A DNA stretch of 63,877 nucleotides, counting the filler, from an uncultured Myxococcia bacterium (GTDB lineage: Bacteria > CAZTWC01), in the NCBI GenBank assembly GCA_964617105.1. It is 5 parts of 5 records of this genome, joined end to end, with 100 filler letters (N's around TTAATTAATTAA, not from the genome) between each part and the next. Parts side by side here need not be neighbours in the genome. Positions count along the whole stretch, not along the records: positions 1 to 13,786 come from CAZTWC010000076.1; positions 13,887 to 27,661 come from CAZTWC010000077.1; 3 more parts are not named here. One strand, written 5' to 3'. The notes beneath the pieces were generated by a model. The model was not told the DNA's origin. It saw nothing but the letters and a program-made list of their open reading frames with translations, and ran no database searches. Numbering within the stretch: position 1 is the first letter of the stretch; every line of letters begins with the position of its first letter. This document shows, one piece after another, positions 9,494-19,448 of this stretch. Both the position numbers and the translations under genes were made by a program.

Positions 9494-12400
9494 TCAATGT
9501 TCACCAAATTCCCCCTGGGTGAGAACTAAGGTGGGAGTTTCTTTGTAGGTGGTGCCGTCACCCAATTGGCCAAAAGAGTTATCGCCCCAGCACCAGAGAG
9601 AGTTGTCGATTTTTACGCCGCAGGTGTGTTGGCCGCCGCCCTCAACCTGCACCCAGGTGGTGTCGATGCCGATTTGGGTCATGGTGTTGAGGCTGGAGGT
9701 GGAGCCGTTGCCCAACTGGCCATTGAGGTTGTCTCCAGAGCACCAGAGGGTGTGGTCTTTTTTAACTGCGCAGGTATGGTTTTTACCTGGGCCGACATAG
9801 CCCCAGGTTGCCCCCTGCCCAACTATCTCTGGAGGAAGTATCTCCGGAGATAATTTGCCGGCGTTGTTACCGATTCCCAATTGTCCATAAAGGTTATCGC
9901 CCCAGCACCAGAGGGATTCATCTGAACTATAGATTGCACAACTATGATTTTTTCCAGTTCCCACGTGGTTCCACATTGCTCCACCTCCACCGTTGTTGAT
10001 TTGGGTTGGTTGGTTTTTCTCCACCTGGGTGGTGTCGCCCAACTGTCCCTGGTCATTTTTTCCCCAGCACCATAGGGAACTGGTTTGCTGTAGTCCGCAA
10101 CTGTGGTTGTCACCAGCACTGATATACATCCATATAGCATCGCCCACCATGGTTGGGGTATCTTTGTTATCGTTGTTGCCCAACCCTAACTGTCCGTTGG
10201 TGTTGAGACCCCAGCAGTAGAGCATATCCTCCATTAATCCGCAGGTATGAGAATTCCCGCCTACTATCTCGGTCCAATAGTTATGAGTTCCTACCTGGTT
10301 GGGAGTGGTCTTGTAGTTGCCTGCTGCCGCCCCCAGCCCTAACTGGTCGCTGGTATTGGCTCCCCAGCAATAGAGAGTGCCGTATGCGGTTAGTGCACAG
10401 GAATGGCTAGCGCCTAAACCGGCAAAATTCAATTGTTCACCCGCCGGTAGTTCACCCCCCTCGATTATTACCGGAGTTTTAGCCAAACTGGTGCTGTTGT
10501 TACCAACCTGGCCGTAACTATTTTTTCCCCAGCAGTAGAGGTTTATGGTTTGTTCAACACTTTTCAGGGCGCAGGTATGATAGTCACCAGTCCAGACCCC
10601 TATCCAGGTACCTCCCGCTTCAATCTGGGCGGGAACGGTTTTGTCCCCTACTTGCGAAGCCCCTAATCCCAGTTGGCCAATATCGTTAATTCCCCAGCAA
10701 TAGAGCCCCTTATTACCGCTGGTTTTATCAATGGTAGAGGCGCAGGTATGAAAATTGCCCACAGCCAAAGAGGTCCAGTCATTTGCTCTATTGGTTACTT
10801 GTGGCGTATTTTGATCCGCCACCGAACTGTTGCCAACCTGGCCGTAATCGTTTTTTCCCCAGCACCAGAGCACATCTTTTCCCTGGCTCTGGTTTTCCTG
10901 CACAGCGCAGGTGTGCCAGGCGCCGCCATTTATCTCCAGCCATTTATCGGTGCTATTCACCAGGGTAGGGGAGTTTTTATCTCCAGTGGCGCCCAGTCCC
11001 AGTTGGCCATTGCTATTGTGGCCCCAGCAATAGATATAATCGGTTTTGATGCCGCAAGTATGCCAGGTGCCGGCAGTTATGGCCTGCCAATCTCTTGAGT
11101 CAATTTGCACCGGCACTTTACTGTCCTGGTTATTGCCGTTGCCCAGTTGGCCCATCTGGTTGTAACCCCAACAGTAAAGTTTGTTATCATTTTTTATGGC
11201 GCAGACAAATTGACTGCCCCCTGCCACCCGTACCCATTTATCGGTTCCAACCTGTTTTGGGGTCAGGCTCTCCGTGGTGGTGTTATCACCCAATTGTCCC
11301 TTTTCGTTATTACCCCAACACCAGAGAGTGCCATCCCGTTTTATAGCGCAGGTGTTTTGATAGCCTGCCGCCACGAACGCCCAATTGTCGGTGCCGCCCA
11401 CTAGTTGAGGAGAAGTTTTGAATATCTTGGTACCGTCCCCGAGTTGGCCGTAAGAGTTACTTCCCCAACACCAGAGAGTAAAATCGCTTTTAATGGCGCA
11501 GGCATGAAATTCGCCTATGGAGATGGCTTTCCAGGTATCGCTGCCAATTTGCACCGGCTCTGGTTTGGTTGCCTGGGTCCCGTCTCCCAGGTGGCCTTCA
11601 TTATTTAGACCCCAGCACCAGAGAGTGCCATCGTCTTTAATCAGGCAGGAGAAATGATAGCCAGAGGCAGTTAAGGGATAATAACACCCCTCGTCAACTG
11701 ACTCGTCACAGTCGTTGTCAATACCATCACAGAGTTCATCCGCCCCAGTATACACTGTAGAGTCGGCGTCATTGCAATCTCCGTTACAGGTGGTATAACC
11801 ATCACTGTCAAGGTCAAAATCTTCATCAGTCTGGCCGTCACAGTCGTTGTCCTGGGCGTCACAGAGTTCAGTTTCTGGTTGAGGCGCATCGCAGCCTGCC
11901 CAGGCTCCCTCAACGCAAGTTTTAGTTCCAGTGCCACAGGCGGAACTGCACTCCTGGGAGAGCCCTTCATCAATTTGGCCGTCACAGTCGTTGTCCAGAT
12001 TGTCGCAGGTGGTTTCGGTTTCTTCATAGGTGGTAATATTCTCCTGGTATTCAGGCTCTAGCCAACCCTCGTAACCCTGGCAGACCTTTATTTGTCCATG
12101 GCAAACCCCAGCGATTTTATCCGCTATTGGTGCAGTCAAATTTTCATCTATCAAGTGGTTACAGTCATTGTCTGCGCCATCGCAGACCTCGACAATGTTC
12201 TCCAGGCTTTCGTTTACGCACTCCACGCTGGTTTTATCGGTGGTGCAGGTAAAGGTTCCATTTTTACACTGGTCGCTGTCTGCGCCATCGCAGGAGTCCC
12301 CCGGAGTACCGGTCAGGGTTCCGCAACCGCCGCAGGCATTGGTTACCTCCTCATCAATTGTGCCATTACAGTCATTGTCTTGCCCATCACAAACTTCTGG

Positions 12401-13786
12401 ACCAGATGGAGTGCAGTTGTATTCGCAGCCGTTTTCAATATTGCCGTCTACATTTTGGTATCCATACTGGCAAGCGGTAATTTTACACAAGCCGCCCACA
12501 CAGGCCATTACGGCATTGTCCGCCTGACAGACCTTATCACAGGCTCCGCAGTTGTTAACATCGCCAGTCAAATCAAAATCTTCATCGTTTTCACGATCGC
12601 AATCATTATCTTTGCCGTCACAAATTTCCGTTTGAGGATCCACATTTCCTTCACAATTTTGCCATTGCCCCTGGACACATTGCTGAGAGCCCATCAGGCA
12701 TATACCCACACTGGAGGTTCCGCAGGCTCGTGTTTCTCCGGATTGGCAAGCGCATCCCATATCTGCAGTGCCGTTACAATCGTTATCCAGGCCATCGCAA
12801 AGAGTCTCAGTCTGTTCATAGCCGGTAAGGGTTTGGTAATCGGGTTCTTGCCATCCATGGGCACCATCACATACTTTGACCTGTCCAGTGCAGAGACCCT
12901 GGGTTTTGTCTGCTGCCGACGGAGTTAAATCTTCATCAGTTATGCTGTCGCAATCATTATCCTTGCCGTCACAAATCTCCTCCGCCCCAGTGTACCTGGC
13001 TTTATCGTTGTCATCGCAATCGCCTCCACAGGTGGTCACTGTGTCGCCATCTTTGTCAAAACCTCCATCAGTTTCGCCATCACAGTCATTATCCAGGCCG
13101 TCACATATCTCAACAATATTTTCCTGGCTCTCGTTTACACATATCACGCTTTCTTTATAGGCATCGCAAGTCCAAGTGCCATTTTTACACTGGTCGGAAT
13201 CATTGCCATCGCATGGGTCACCCGGTTTTTCTGTCAGGGAAGTACAACCGCCGCAGGCATTGGTCACCCCTTCGTTATTTTCGCCATCGCAGTCATTGTC
13301 CTTGCTATCGCAAACTTCTGGACCTGATGGGACGCAGTTGTATTCGCATCCGGTTTTTACTTGTTTGTCCAAATCCAGGTAATCGTCCTGGCAACTGCTG
13401 ATTGTGCATTGGCCGCCCACGCAGGCCGTCACAGCATTGGGTACCTGGCAGACGCTACCGCAGAATCCGCAGTTGTTCAGGTCTGTATCCAGATCAAAGT
13501 TCTCATCGGTTAAAGTATCGCAGTCATTGTCCTGGCCGTCACAGATCTCTGGGGCGTTGCTATTTTTATCGCGATCCCGATCATCGCAATCGCCTTCACA
13601 GGTGGTTTGGTTATCGCCATCTTTGTCAAAACCATCGTCAGTTTTTCCATCACAATCGTTATCTTTGCCATCGCAAATTTCAGTAGTAGGCTGAGTAGCC
13701 GAGCAACTTCCCCACTTTCCGGCGCTGCAGATTTCCACCCCGCTGCCGCAGATGGAACTGCATGCTCTCTCTAATTGTTCGTCAGT
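9494..13786 (-). CDS. Large secreted protein: Cys/Asp-rich (CDGxDNDCDG, MopE-related) repeats + tandem RCC1-like beta-propellers; 5' end truncated by contig edge
   Basis: More than ten E.CDG.DNDCDG repeats, then about 13 HTC...LWCWG.N..GQLG repeats. The frame is open to the gap. Confidence 0.9.
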   Translation of the reverse strand, partial: TDEQLERACSSICGSGVEICSAGKWGSCSATQPTTEICDGKDNDCDGKTDDGFDKDGDNQTTCEGDCDDRDRDKNSNAPEICDGQDNDCDTLTDENFDLDTDLNNCGFCGSVCQVPNAVTACVGGQCTISSCQDDYLDLDKQVKTGCEYNCVPSGPEVCDSKDNDCDGENNEGVTNACGGCTSLTEKPGDPCDGNDSDQCKNGTWTCDAYKESVICVNESQENIVEICDGLDNDCDGETDGGFDKDGDTVTTCGGDCDDNDKARYTGAEEICDGKDNDCDSITDEDLTPSAADKTQGLCTGQVKVCDGAHGWQEPDYQTLTGYEQTETLCDGLDNDCNGTADMGCACQSGETRACGTSSVGICLMGSQQCVQGQWQNCEGNVDPQTEICDGKDNDCDRENDEDFDLTGDVNNCGACDKVCQADNAVMACVGGLCKITACQYGYQNVDGNIENGCEYNCTPSGPEVCDGQDNDCNGTIDEEVTNACGGCGTLTGTPGDSCDGADSDQCKNGTFTCTTDKTSVECVNESLENIVEVCDGADNDCNHLIDENLTAPIADKIAGVCHGQIKVCQGYEGWLEPEYQENITTYEETETTCDNLDNDCDGQIDEGLSQECSSACGTGTKTCVEGAWAGCDAPQPETELCDAQDNDCDGQTDEDFDLDSDGYTTCNGDCNDADSTVYTGADELCDGIDNDCDESVDEGCYYPLTASGYHFSCLIKDDGTLWCWGLNNEGHLGDGTQATKPEPVQIGSDTWKAISIGEFHACAIKSDFTLWCWGSNSYGQLGDGTKIFKTSPQLVGGTDNWAFVAAGYQNTCAIKRDGTLWCWGNNEKGQLGDNTTTESLTPKQVGTDKWVRVAGGSQFVCAIKNDNKLYCWGYNQMGQLGNGNNQDSKVPVQIDSRDWQAITAGTWHTCGIKTDYIYCWGHNSNGQLGLGATGDKNSPTLVNSTDKWLEINGGAWHTCAVQENQSQGKDVLWCWGKNDYGQVGNSSVADQNTPQVTNRANDWTSLAVGNFHTCASTIDKTSGNKGLYCWGINDIGQLGLGASQVGDKTVPAQIEAGGTWIGVWTGDYHTCALKSVEQTINLYCWGKNSYGQVGNNSTSLAKTPVIIEGGELPAGEQLNFAGLGASHSCALTAYGTLYCWGANTSDQLGLGAAAGNYKTTPNQVGTHNYWTEIVGGNSHTCGLMEDMLYCWGLNTNGQLGLGNNDNKDTPTMVGDAIWMYISAGDNHSCGLQQTSSLWCWGKNDQGQLGDTTQVEKNQPTQINNGGGGAMWNHVGTGKNHSCAIYSSDESLWCWGDNLYGQLGIGNNAGKLSPEILPPEIVGQGATWGYVGPGKNHTCAVKKDHTLWCSGDNLNGQLGNGSTSSLNTMTQIGIDTTWVQVEGGGQHTCGVKIDNSLWCWGDNSFGQLGDGTTYKETPTLVLTQGEFGEH

Positions 13787-13886
13787 NNNNNNNNNNNNNN
13801 NNNNNNNNNNNNNNNNNNNNNNNNNNNNNNTTAATTAATTAANNNNNNNNNNNNNNNNNNNNNNNNNNNNNNNNNNNNNNNNNNNN
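13787..13886. other. Artificial contig linker
   Basis: N44-TTAATTAATTAA-N44 (stop codons in all six frames). Confidence 0.98.
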
Positions 13887-14362
13887 ATACAGGATTTCAA
13901 CGCGCCGCGGCGGTCGCTTCTGCCTGCCGGCGCCGGTACGTTAGTTCGGCGCTGACCACCTTTTCTCTTTGGAATACTTGCCGGCCTGGCCCTTTGGGCG
14001 GTGGCATTTATCAAACTTGTTAAGCCGGCGGCAAAGTTGATACGCAAATCTCCACGGCTGGCGTCACGGGCCGATTTTAGCAATTGAGCATCTACTCCCT
14101 GGCTGAAAGACCACCAACTATGGCGATTAAACAGGATCAAAATATCCTTCTTGCCCATAGAGAGATTGTCATAGATCTGAAAATATTCCTCTATCTCCTC
14201 CTGGGGATTTACGGTGACCACAAAAAAATTTAGCCCCCGCTTTTTCCATTTAGATATGACCCGGCGGATCTTTTTTCTCCCCCCGGGCTTTAACAGCCGC
14301 CCGGCATCCACCAGAGATTTGCCCTTCTTCTTTATAGTCTTTTCTATCTCTATTCTGTCCAT
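13887..14362 (-). CDS. Hypothetical protein (possibly TPM-like domain), truncated at contig edge
   Basis: Open frame into the gap; alpha/beta pattern VD.GRLL...FFVVTV...DILILF. Confidence 0.5.
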
Positions 14363-14590
14363 CTCTTGGCCTGTGCAGTTGATTTGTTTAGTATGGTATG
14401 GTGATGAATCAAACTAAAATTATACTATTGCTCTTGCCTCTATTTTTCAATCATTTTTTCACGCTGATACAGAAAGATATTGCATAACATTAAAAAAACA
14501 GATATTTATATATAAATCATTTTGATCATTTTATTAAAATAAATTTAGCGACCTACTTTGATTATTTCAATATTTTAATCTGGAGGAAAT

Positions 14591-16360
14591 ATGGCTACTA
14601 CCGTAATGACATTAATGAAAGAAACCGCTGCTCGCTACGCTGAATTACCAGCCCTGAAATCAAAAAATGACCAGGGTGGTTGGGATACAGTAACCTGGAA
14701 AGATTACTACCAGGAAATTATAATTACCGCCAAAGCCTTTATGGCTCTGGGTTTAGATGCCCAAAAAGCGGTGGCTATCGTGGGTAATAATTGCCCCCAA
14801 TGGTTTTACAGTGATCTGGGCGCTATTTTTGCCGGTGGGGTTCCGGTAGGCATCTATGCCACCAATACCCCAGAGCAATGCCAATATATTACCGAACACA
14901 GCGATGCGGCTGTGGTAGTGGTGGAAGACCAGGATCAACTGGCTAAATTTAAACAATTAAAAGGTAAATTGCCCAATCTCAAGGCTATTGTGCTAATTAA
15001 AGGTTCGGATAATGACAAAAATGTTTATTCCTGGAAAGATCTGCCCTCTTTGGCGGAAAAAATTACCGATGAAGAGTTGGAAAAAAGGATAAATGCTCAA
15101 AAGCCCGATGATTTATGCACTCTTATCTACACCTCCGGTACTACCGGCGACCCTAAAGGGGTTATGCTCAGCCACGACAATATTACCTGGACCACTAAAA
15201 CCATTGTAGAAATGGTAAAATCCAACTCCAAAGACCGTTTGATCAGTTATCTGCCGCTAAGCCATATTGCCGAACAAGTAGTCAGCGTGCACAGTCCCCT
15301 TGTAACTGGCGCCAGTGTCTATTTTGCCGAAAATCTAGAAAAATTGGGTGACAACCTTAGAGAAGTTCATCCAACCATCTTTGTGGGGGTGCCCAGAGTA
15401 TGGGAAAAAATACAGGAAAAAATGATGGCTGCCGGCGCCCAAAATTCGCCTATCAAGAAAAAAATTGCTGCCTGGGCCCGAAAAATTGGGCTAAAGGGGG
15501 GATATGCCGACCAGGAAAATAGTTCCCGCCCTTTCCTCTATTTTCTAGCCAACAAATTGGTTTTCTCCAAGGTAAGGGACAAATTAGGTCTGGACCAGTG
15601 CCGGTTGTGCATGACTACCGCTGCTCCAATCTCTCTTGACACCTTGGAATTCTTCCTCAGTTTGAGCCTACCGCTCTGTGAAGTTTATGGTATGAGCGAA
15701 TTAACCGGTCCTGGCACCACTTCCCTGCCCTGGCGCTACAAAACCGGAAAAGCGGGATTTGTCATTAATGGCGCCGACATTAAACTGGCTGAAGACCAGG
15801 AGATACTGTTTAAAGGCAGAAGTGTTTTTAAGGGTTACTTTAAAAATCCAGAGGCCACCAAAGAAACTCTTGATGATGACGGCTGGGTTCATACCGGCGA
15901 TGTGGGTGAAATAGATGCTGATAATTTCCTTAAAATCACCGACCGAAAAAAAGAGTTGATCATCACTGCCGGTGGCGAAAATATCGCTCCCCAGGAGATA
16001 GAGGGGAAATTAAAGGCCATTGCTGCTGTCAGCCAGGCGGTGGTCATTGGCGACCGGCGTAAATATCTCACTGCCCTTTTGACCCTTAATGGCGATAAAG
16101 TTATGGATGAAGCCTCTATTGCAGGCAGTCCGGCTACCAACATGGAAGAGGCGTCAAAATGCGATAAGTTCATTGCCCATATCCAAAATGAACTGGACCT
16201 GGTTAACCCAAAACTGGCCCGGGTACAAACCATTAAAAAGTTTACTATTTTGCCCCAGGAATTGACCCTTGAAGGGGATGAACTTACCCCCACCATGAAA
16301 CTCAAACGCCGGGTGGTCAATGATAAATATGATAAAGAGATAGAGAATATGTACCAATAA
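14591..16360 (+). CDS. fadD: Long-chain fatty-acid--CoA ligase (AMP-dependent synthetase)
   Basis: YTSGTTGDPKG, YGMSE, GWVHTGDVG and DRKKELIITAGGENIAP motifs. Confidence 0.92.
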   Translation: MATTVMTLMKETAARYAELPALKSKNDQGGWDTVTWKDYYQEIIITAKAFMALGLDAQKAVAIVGNNCPQWFYSDLGAIFAGGVPVGIYATNTPEQCQYITEHSDAAVVVVEDQDQLAKFKQLKGKLPNLKAIVLIKGSDNDKNVYSWKDLPSLAEKITDEELEKRINAQKPDDLCTLIYTSGTTGDPKGVMLSHDNITWTTKTIVEMVKSNSKDRLISYLPLSHIAEQVVSVHSPLVTGASVYFAENLEKLGDNLREVHPTIFVGVPRVWEKIQEKMMAAGAQNSPIKKKIAAWARKIGLKGGYADQENSSRPFLYFLANKLVFSKVRDKLGLDQCRLCMTTAAPISLDTLEFFLSLSLPLCEVYGMSELTGPGTTSLPWRYKTGKAGFVINGADIKLAEDQEILFKGRSVFKGYFKNPEATKETLDDDGWVHTGDVGEIDADNFLKITDRKKELIITAGGENIAPQEIEGKLKAIAAVSQAVVIGDRRKYLTALLTLNGDKVMDEASIAGSPATNMEEASKCDKFIAHIQNELDLVNPKLARVQTIKKFTILPQELTLEGDELTPTMKLKRRVVNDKYDKEIENMYQ

Positions 16361-16365
16361 GGGTC

Positions 16366-17049
16366 ATGTCACAAAAGATTCAGGATCTGGTCAAGAGAAG
16401 ACGAGAGCGCCGGGAAAGATCGTTTAAGCCCCGGTCCAGTAAAAACCGGGTCCTGACTCTATTGATATTGTTTGTAGTAGCCGCTTCTTTAATCGTTATT
16501 ATCAAATTACCTACCTATTTTATTGCTCCTTTAATATCCACAGATATCTCTGCGCCAAAATCGAATTCCGCTTTTTCAACCAAAATTTGGGCTATGAAAA
16601 AAAAAATTGGGCATAATGGATCATTGGAGCCCTGGAGAAACTCTCAGATAACTGAAGAGGAAACCATACATCTATTTTTTAATCTTCCTATACCGCAAAA
16701 TATACTGGTAGCCTTTATTGACCAACAGGACAAATTCTATGGCTATTTTCCTCCCCAGGGAGCCAAATCGGTAAAAATAAATGCTGGCCAAGAGATCCCC
16801 CTGCCGGTTGAGATCTCTCTAAACTCATCTGTCAACCAAAGTTTCCAAAAAGGGTTAATTCTGGTGGTGGCCGCTGATAAGGAGATCAACTCCAAGGCCA
16901 TAGAGAAGATGTTGCTTGACCAACTACCTGAAATAAACAGAAAGTTATCAAAAACTCCTCCGAAGAAAAAAAGTAAAGGCGAACTCCCATTTGTTGGTAA
17001 AATTAAAGGGGCCCGAATCTACGGCAAGAAGATAGTGGCCAACCGATAA
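16366..17049 (+). CDS. Membrane-anchored hypothetical protein
   Basis: Single TM segment after a basic N-terminus; starts 5 bp after the ligase gene. Confidence 0.7.
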   Translation: MSQKIQDLVKRRRERRERSFKPRSSKNRVLTLLILFVVAASLIVIIKLPTYFIAPLISTDISAPKSNSAFSTKIWAMKKKIGHNGSLEPWRNSQITEEETIHLFFNLPIPQNILVAFIDQQDKFYGYFPPQGAKSVKINAGQEIPLPVEISLNSSVNQSFQKGLILVVAADKEINSKAIEKMLLDQLPEINRKLSKTPPKKKSKGELPFVGKIKGARIYGKKIVANR

Positions 17050-17120
17050 TTAACCAGGGTTCATGTCACTCGGTTACACTGTTTGCTATATCAATAGGAA
17101 GATGGTCTATTACCCAATAC

Positions 17121-17202
17121 ACCGACGCCGACGCCGACACCGACGCCGAAGGTGATCCCTGTGGGAAAGGTGATCCCTGTGGGAAAGGTGATCCCCGCGG
17201 GA
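17121..17202 (+). repeat. (RCCGAC)5 hexamer run followed by 3 x 18-nt tandem unit AAGGTGATCCCYGYGGGA
   Basis: Read directly; units at 17149, 17167 and 17185. Confidence 0.9.
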
Positions 17203-17249
17203 AGGACGATTTTGAATTGCTGAAATTATACGAAATTGTTCTTATTGCA

Positions 17250-17374
17250 AAAGAATTTGGAGGCGCTTCACCAGCTAGGCGCAGGCGAAAAAATTACCGC
17301 AGTCGTATAACTAATACGTCGAGGATAATTTTTTCGCCTGCAACAACGCTGGTGAAGATGCATCCGAATTCTTT
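17250..17374 (-). repeat. Structured palindromic element, copy A (REP/REPIN-like or ncRNA-like)
   Basis: A perfect 16-bp stem (17281-17296/17326-17341) encloses a 29-nt core. The outer stem is 17266-17275/17348-17357. The core is 27/29 identical to copy B. Confidence 0.85.
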
Positions 17375-18437
17375 ATATGCAGAAGCCCGTGCCCATTAGC
17401 TCCTTACACTGCTTAGCTGAATCAGAGCATGGTTTGGTTGCAGAGCAGGTTTCTAAACATTTTTTAGTCAACATCCCGCAAATCATATCTGGTTGGCAAT
17501 CGGCTTTGCTCGTACAGGCAGAACCAGCTGCTCCTGAACCGCTACCACCGCCACCTTCACACATACCGGTTTGCAAATTACAACGGGCCGGTGCGGTGCA
17601 TTCCAAATCGCTCTGACACTTACCGCTGCCACCACCACCTTGCGCTTGACAGGTGCCGTTAAGCAGGTTGCATTCCTGGCCCTGTGCGCAATCCATATTG
17701 CTGTTACATTTGACGGCACCAGTAGTTCCGCCTGGCTCGCACTGAGTCGTTAGTACATTACATACATAGCCCTGAGGACAAGCGCTGCCGCAGGGGCTGG
17801 GCTTACACTGGCCAGGATTGGTGTTGAGATCGCAATACTCGCCCTGGACGGTATTGCATTGACTGTCGGTGGTGCACTCAACGAGTTGTTGACTGTATTC
17901 GCACACCCGGTAATTTCCACCGGAAATAAACCTGGCCGGACCACACTTTTTAGGGGTAGTGCAATCTATATCAGTGGTACACATCTTGGCACAGCGGTTG
18001 TCCACGCAGGCTAAAAGTTCGCTACAAGGATCAGTGCCATAACAGGGAGTATCCTCCTGAGGTTGAAGGCACCTGCTTTCAGAACAGATATACGGTTTAG
18101 TACAAGGGGTCTGGGGGCTACAGTCAAAGATGCAGGAACCAGAGGATGAACCTTGAGGGATATAGCATACCTGAGTAGGATCCTGACAATCTTGATTTTG
18201 CACACAGGTTGTTCCTTCCATACAGACTCCACCGTTGCAATACCAATTTTGCCCTTTCTGGCTTATGCAATCCTGGTCTGCAACACAGGAGATGTTGTCG
18301 CTGCCGGTTCCGCCGGTAGTGCCATCCGTTGTGCCACCGGTGGTTGTGGAAGAACCACAATTAACAAAAATAGTTAGTAATATGGCCATAGCAGAGATAA
18401 GCGCTATTTTTAGAATGATCATGTTTTTGGGTTTCAT
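17373..18437 (-). CDS. Cysteine-rich repeat lipoprotein
   Basis: Signal peptide ending FVNC; repeated C..D.DC....C...C units with Gly/Thr linkers. Confidence 0.85.
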   Translation of the reverse strand: MKPKNMIILKIALISAMAILLTIFVNCGSSTTTGGTTDGTTGGTGSDNISCVADQDCISQKGQNWYCNGGVCMEGTTCVQNQDCQDPTQVCYIPQGSSSGSCIFDCSPQTPCTKPYICSESRCLQPQEDTPCYGTDPCSELLACVDNRCAKMCTTDIDCTTPKKCGPARFISGGNYRVCEYSQQLVECTTDSQCNTVQGEYCDLNTNPGQCKPSPCGSACPQGYVCNVLTTQCEPGGTTGAVKCNSNMDCAQGQECNLLNGTCQAQGGGGSGKCQSDLECTAPARCNLQTGMCEGGGGSGSGAAGSACTSKADCQPDMICGMLTKKCLETCSATKPCSDSAKQCKELMGTGFCI

Positions 18438-18609
18438 TTTCCCCCCCGGTAATTAAACCCCGCTCATCTCCACCCCGTTCGCGGGTTGATAAATGAAACG
18501 AGAATTGAAAAAAAATATGCTAGTCTTTAACTATAACTAACATCAATCAGCTTGTCAAATGAAGAATACTGTTCCCATCGCTCCTCATCCTTATTCCCAA
18601 TTAGTCCAA

Positions 18610-19359
18610 CTAACCCGTTGCCAGGGCGATGACGGTAATTCTGGCGGCGCCAGCCCGGTGCAACTCTTTTACGCACTCTCTCACCGTAGAACCGGTGGTG
18701 ATCACATCGTCAAGCAATAGAATACTTTTTCCATCCACAGACTCTCTATTTTTAATCCGAAAAGCATCTTTTACATTTTTGCTTCGGCTCAAGGCATCTA
18801 AATCTACCTGGGGAGGAGTATCTTTTATTCTAACCAAATTATCCAGACTGACTTTCAGGCGGCTGGCGGCAGTTTTTTGTCCCCTATTGAATCTTTTAGC
18901 TATTTTCAGCGCCATCAGGGCAGATTGGTTATAACCTCGATGCCGCAGCCTATTCACATGCAGAGGCACCGGAACTATTTGCCGATACCCTAAAAGATCA
19001 ATTTGACTCAACCAGGGAAACATCAGACCCACCAACCCGTTGGTGAGGTATGGACAATCATGGTATTTGAATCTTTTAATCACCTCTTTTAAGACTCCCC
19101 GGTATTGGTAGAACGCATAATAATCAAATGCCAGAGAATCGGAAAACAAACGGGTCTGGGTTGTTGGCTCCAGGGTTTCCGCACAAGTGCTGCAGAGCCA
19201 ATCTGCCGGTTGGGGCAAATAATTATGGCAGTGAATGCAAACCGCTGGAAAAAAAAACTGCTGGACCTCTCTGGTCAGCCAGGAGATGCTTTTCTTGACT
19301 ACAGAGTCCTGGTCACTCCAGCGGTGATATATTTTCTTGCATTTATTTATAAAGGGCAT
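18610..19359 (-). CDS. comF: ComF family amidophosphoribosyltransferase-like protein
   Basis: Zinc ribbon CIHC..CSTC, VPVPLH..RLR.RGYNQS and LLLDDVITTGST motifs. Confidence 0.92.
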   Translation of the reverse strand: MPFINKCKKIYHRWSDQDSVVKKSISWLTREVQQFFFPAVCIHCHNYLPQPADWLCSTCAETLEPTTQTRLFSDSLAFDYYAFYQYRGVLKEVIKRFKYHDCPYLTNGLVGLMFPWLSQIDLLGYRQIVPVPLHVNRLRHRGYNQSALMALKIAKRFNRGQKTAASRLKVSLDNLVRIKDTPPQVDLDALSRSKNVKDAFRIKNRESVDGKSILLLDDVITTGSTVRECVKELHRAGAARITVIALATG

Positions 19360-19360
19360 G

Positions 19361-19389
19361 TTGACATAAAAAACTGATTTTAATATAGT
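19361..19389 (+). promoter_or_regulatory. sigma70-type promoter for the yfgM-bamB-like operon
   Basis: TTGACA-N17-TATAGT. Confidence 0.65.
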
Positions 19390-19448
19390 AATTTATCTAT
19401 TCATAAAATGGTCTTATATTAACCATCAACCTAAAGCGAGTAATAATT

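Noticed and set aside
9549-13694. Many antisense ORFs opposite the repeat proteins (also within 41680-52149)
   Set aside because: Expected from codon bias in Gly/Cys/Asp-rich genes; no recognisable motifs.
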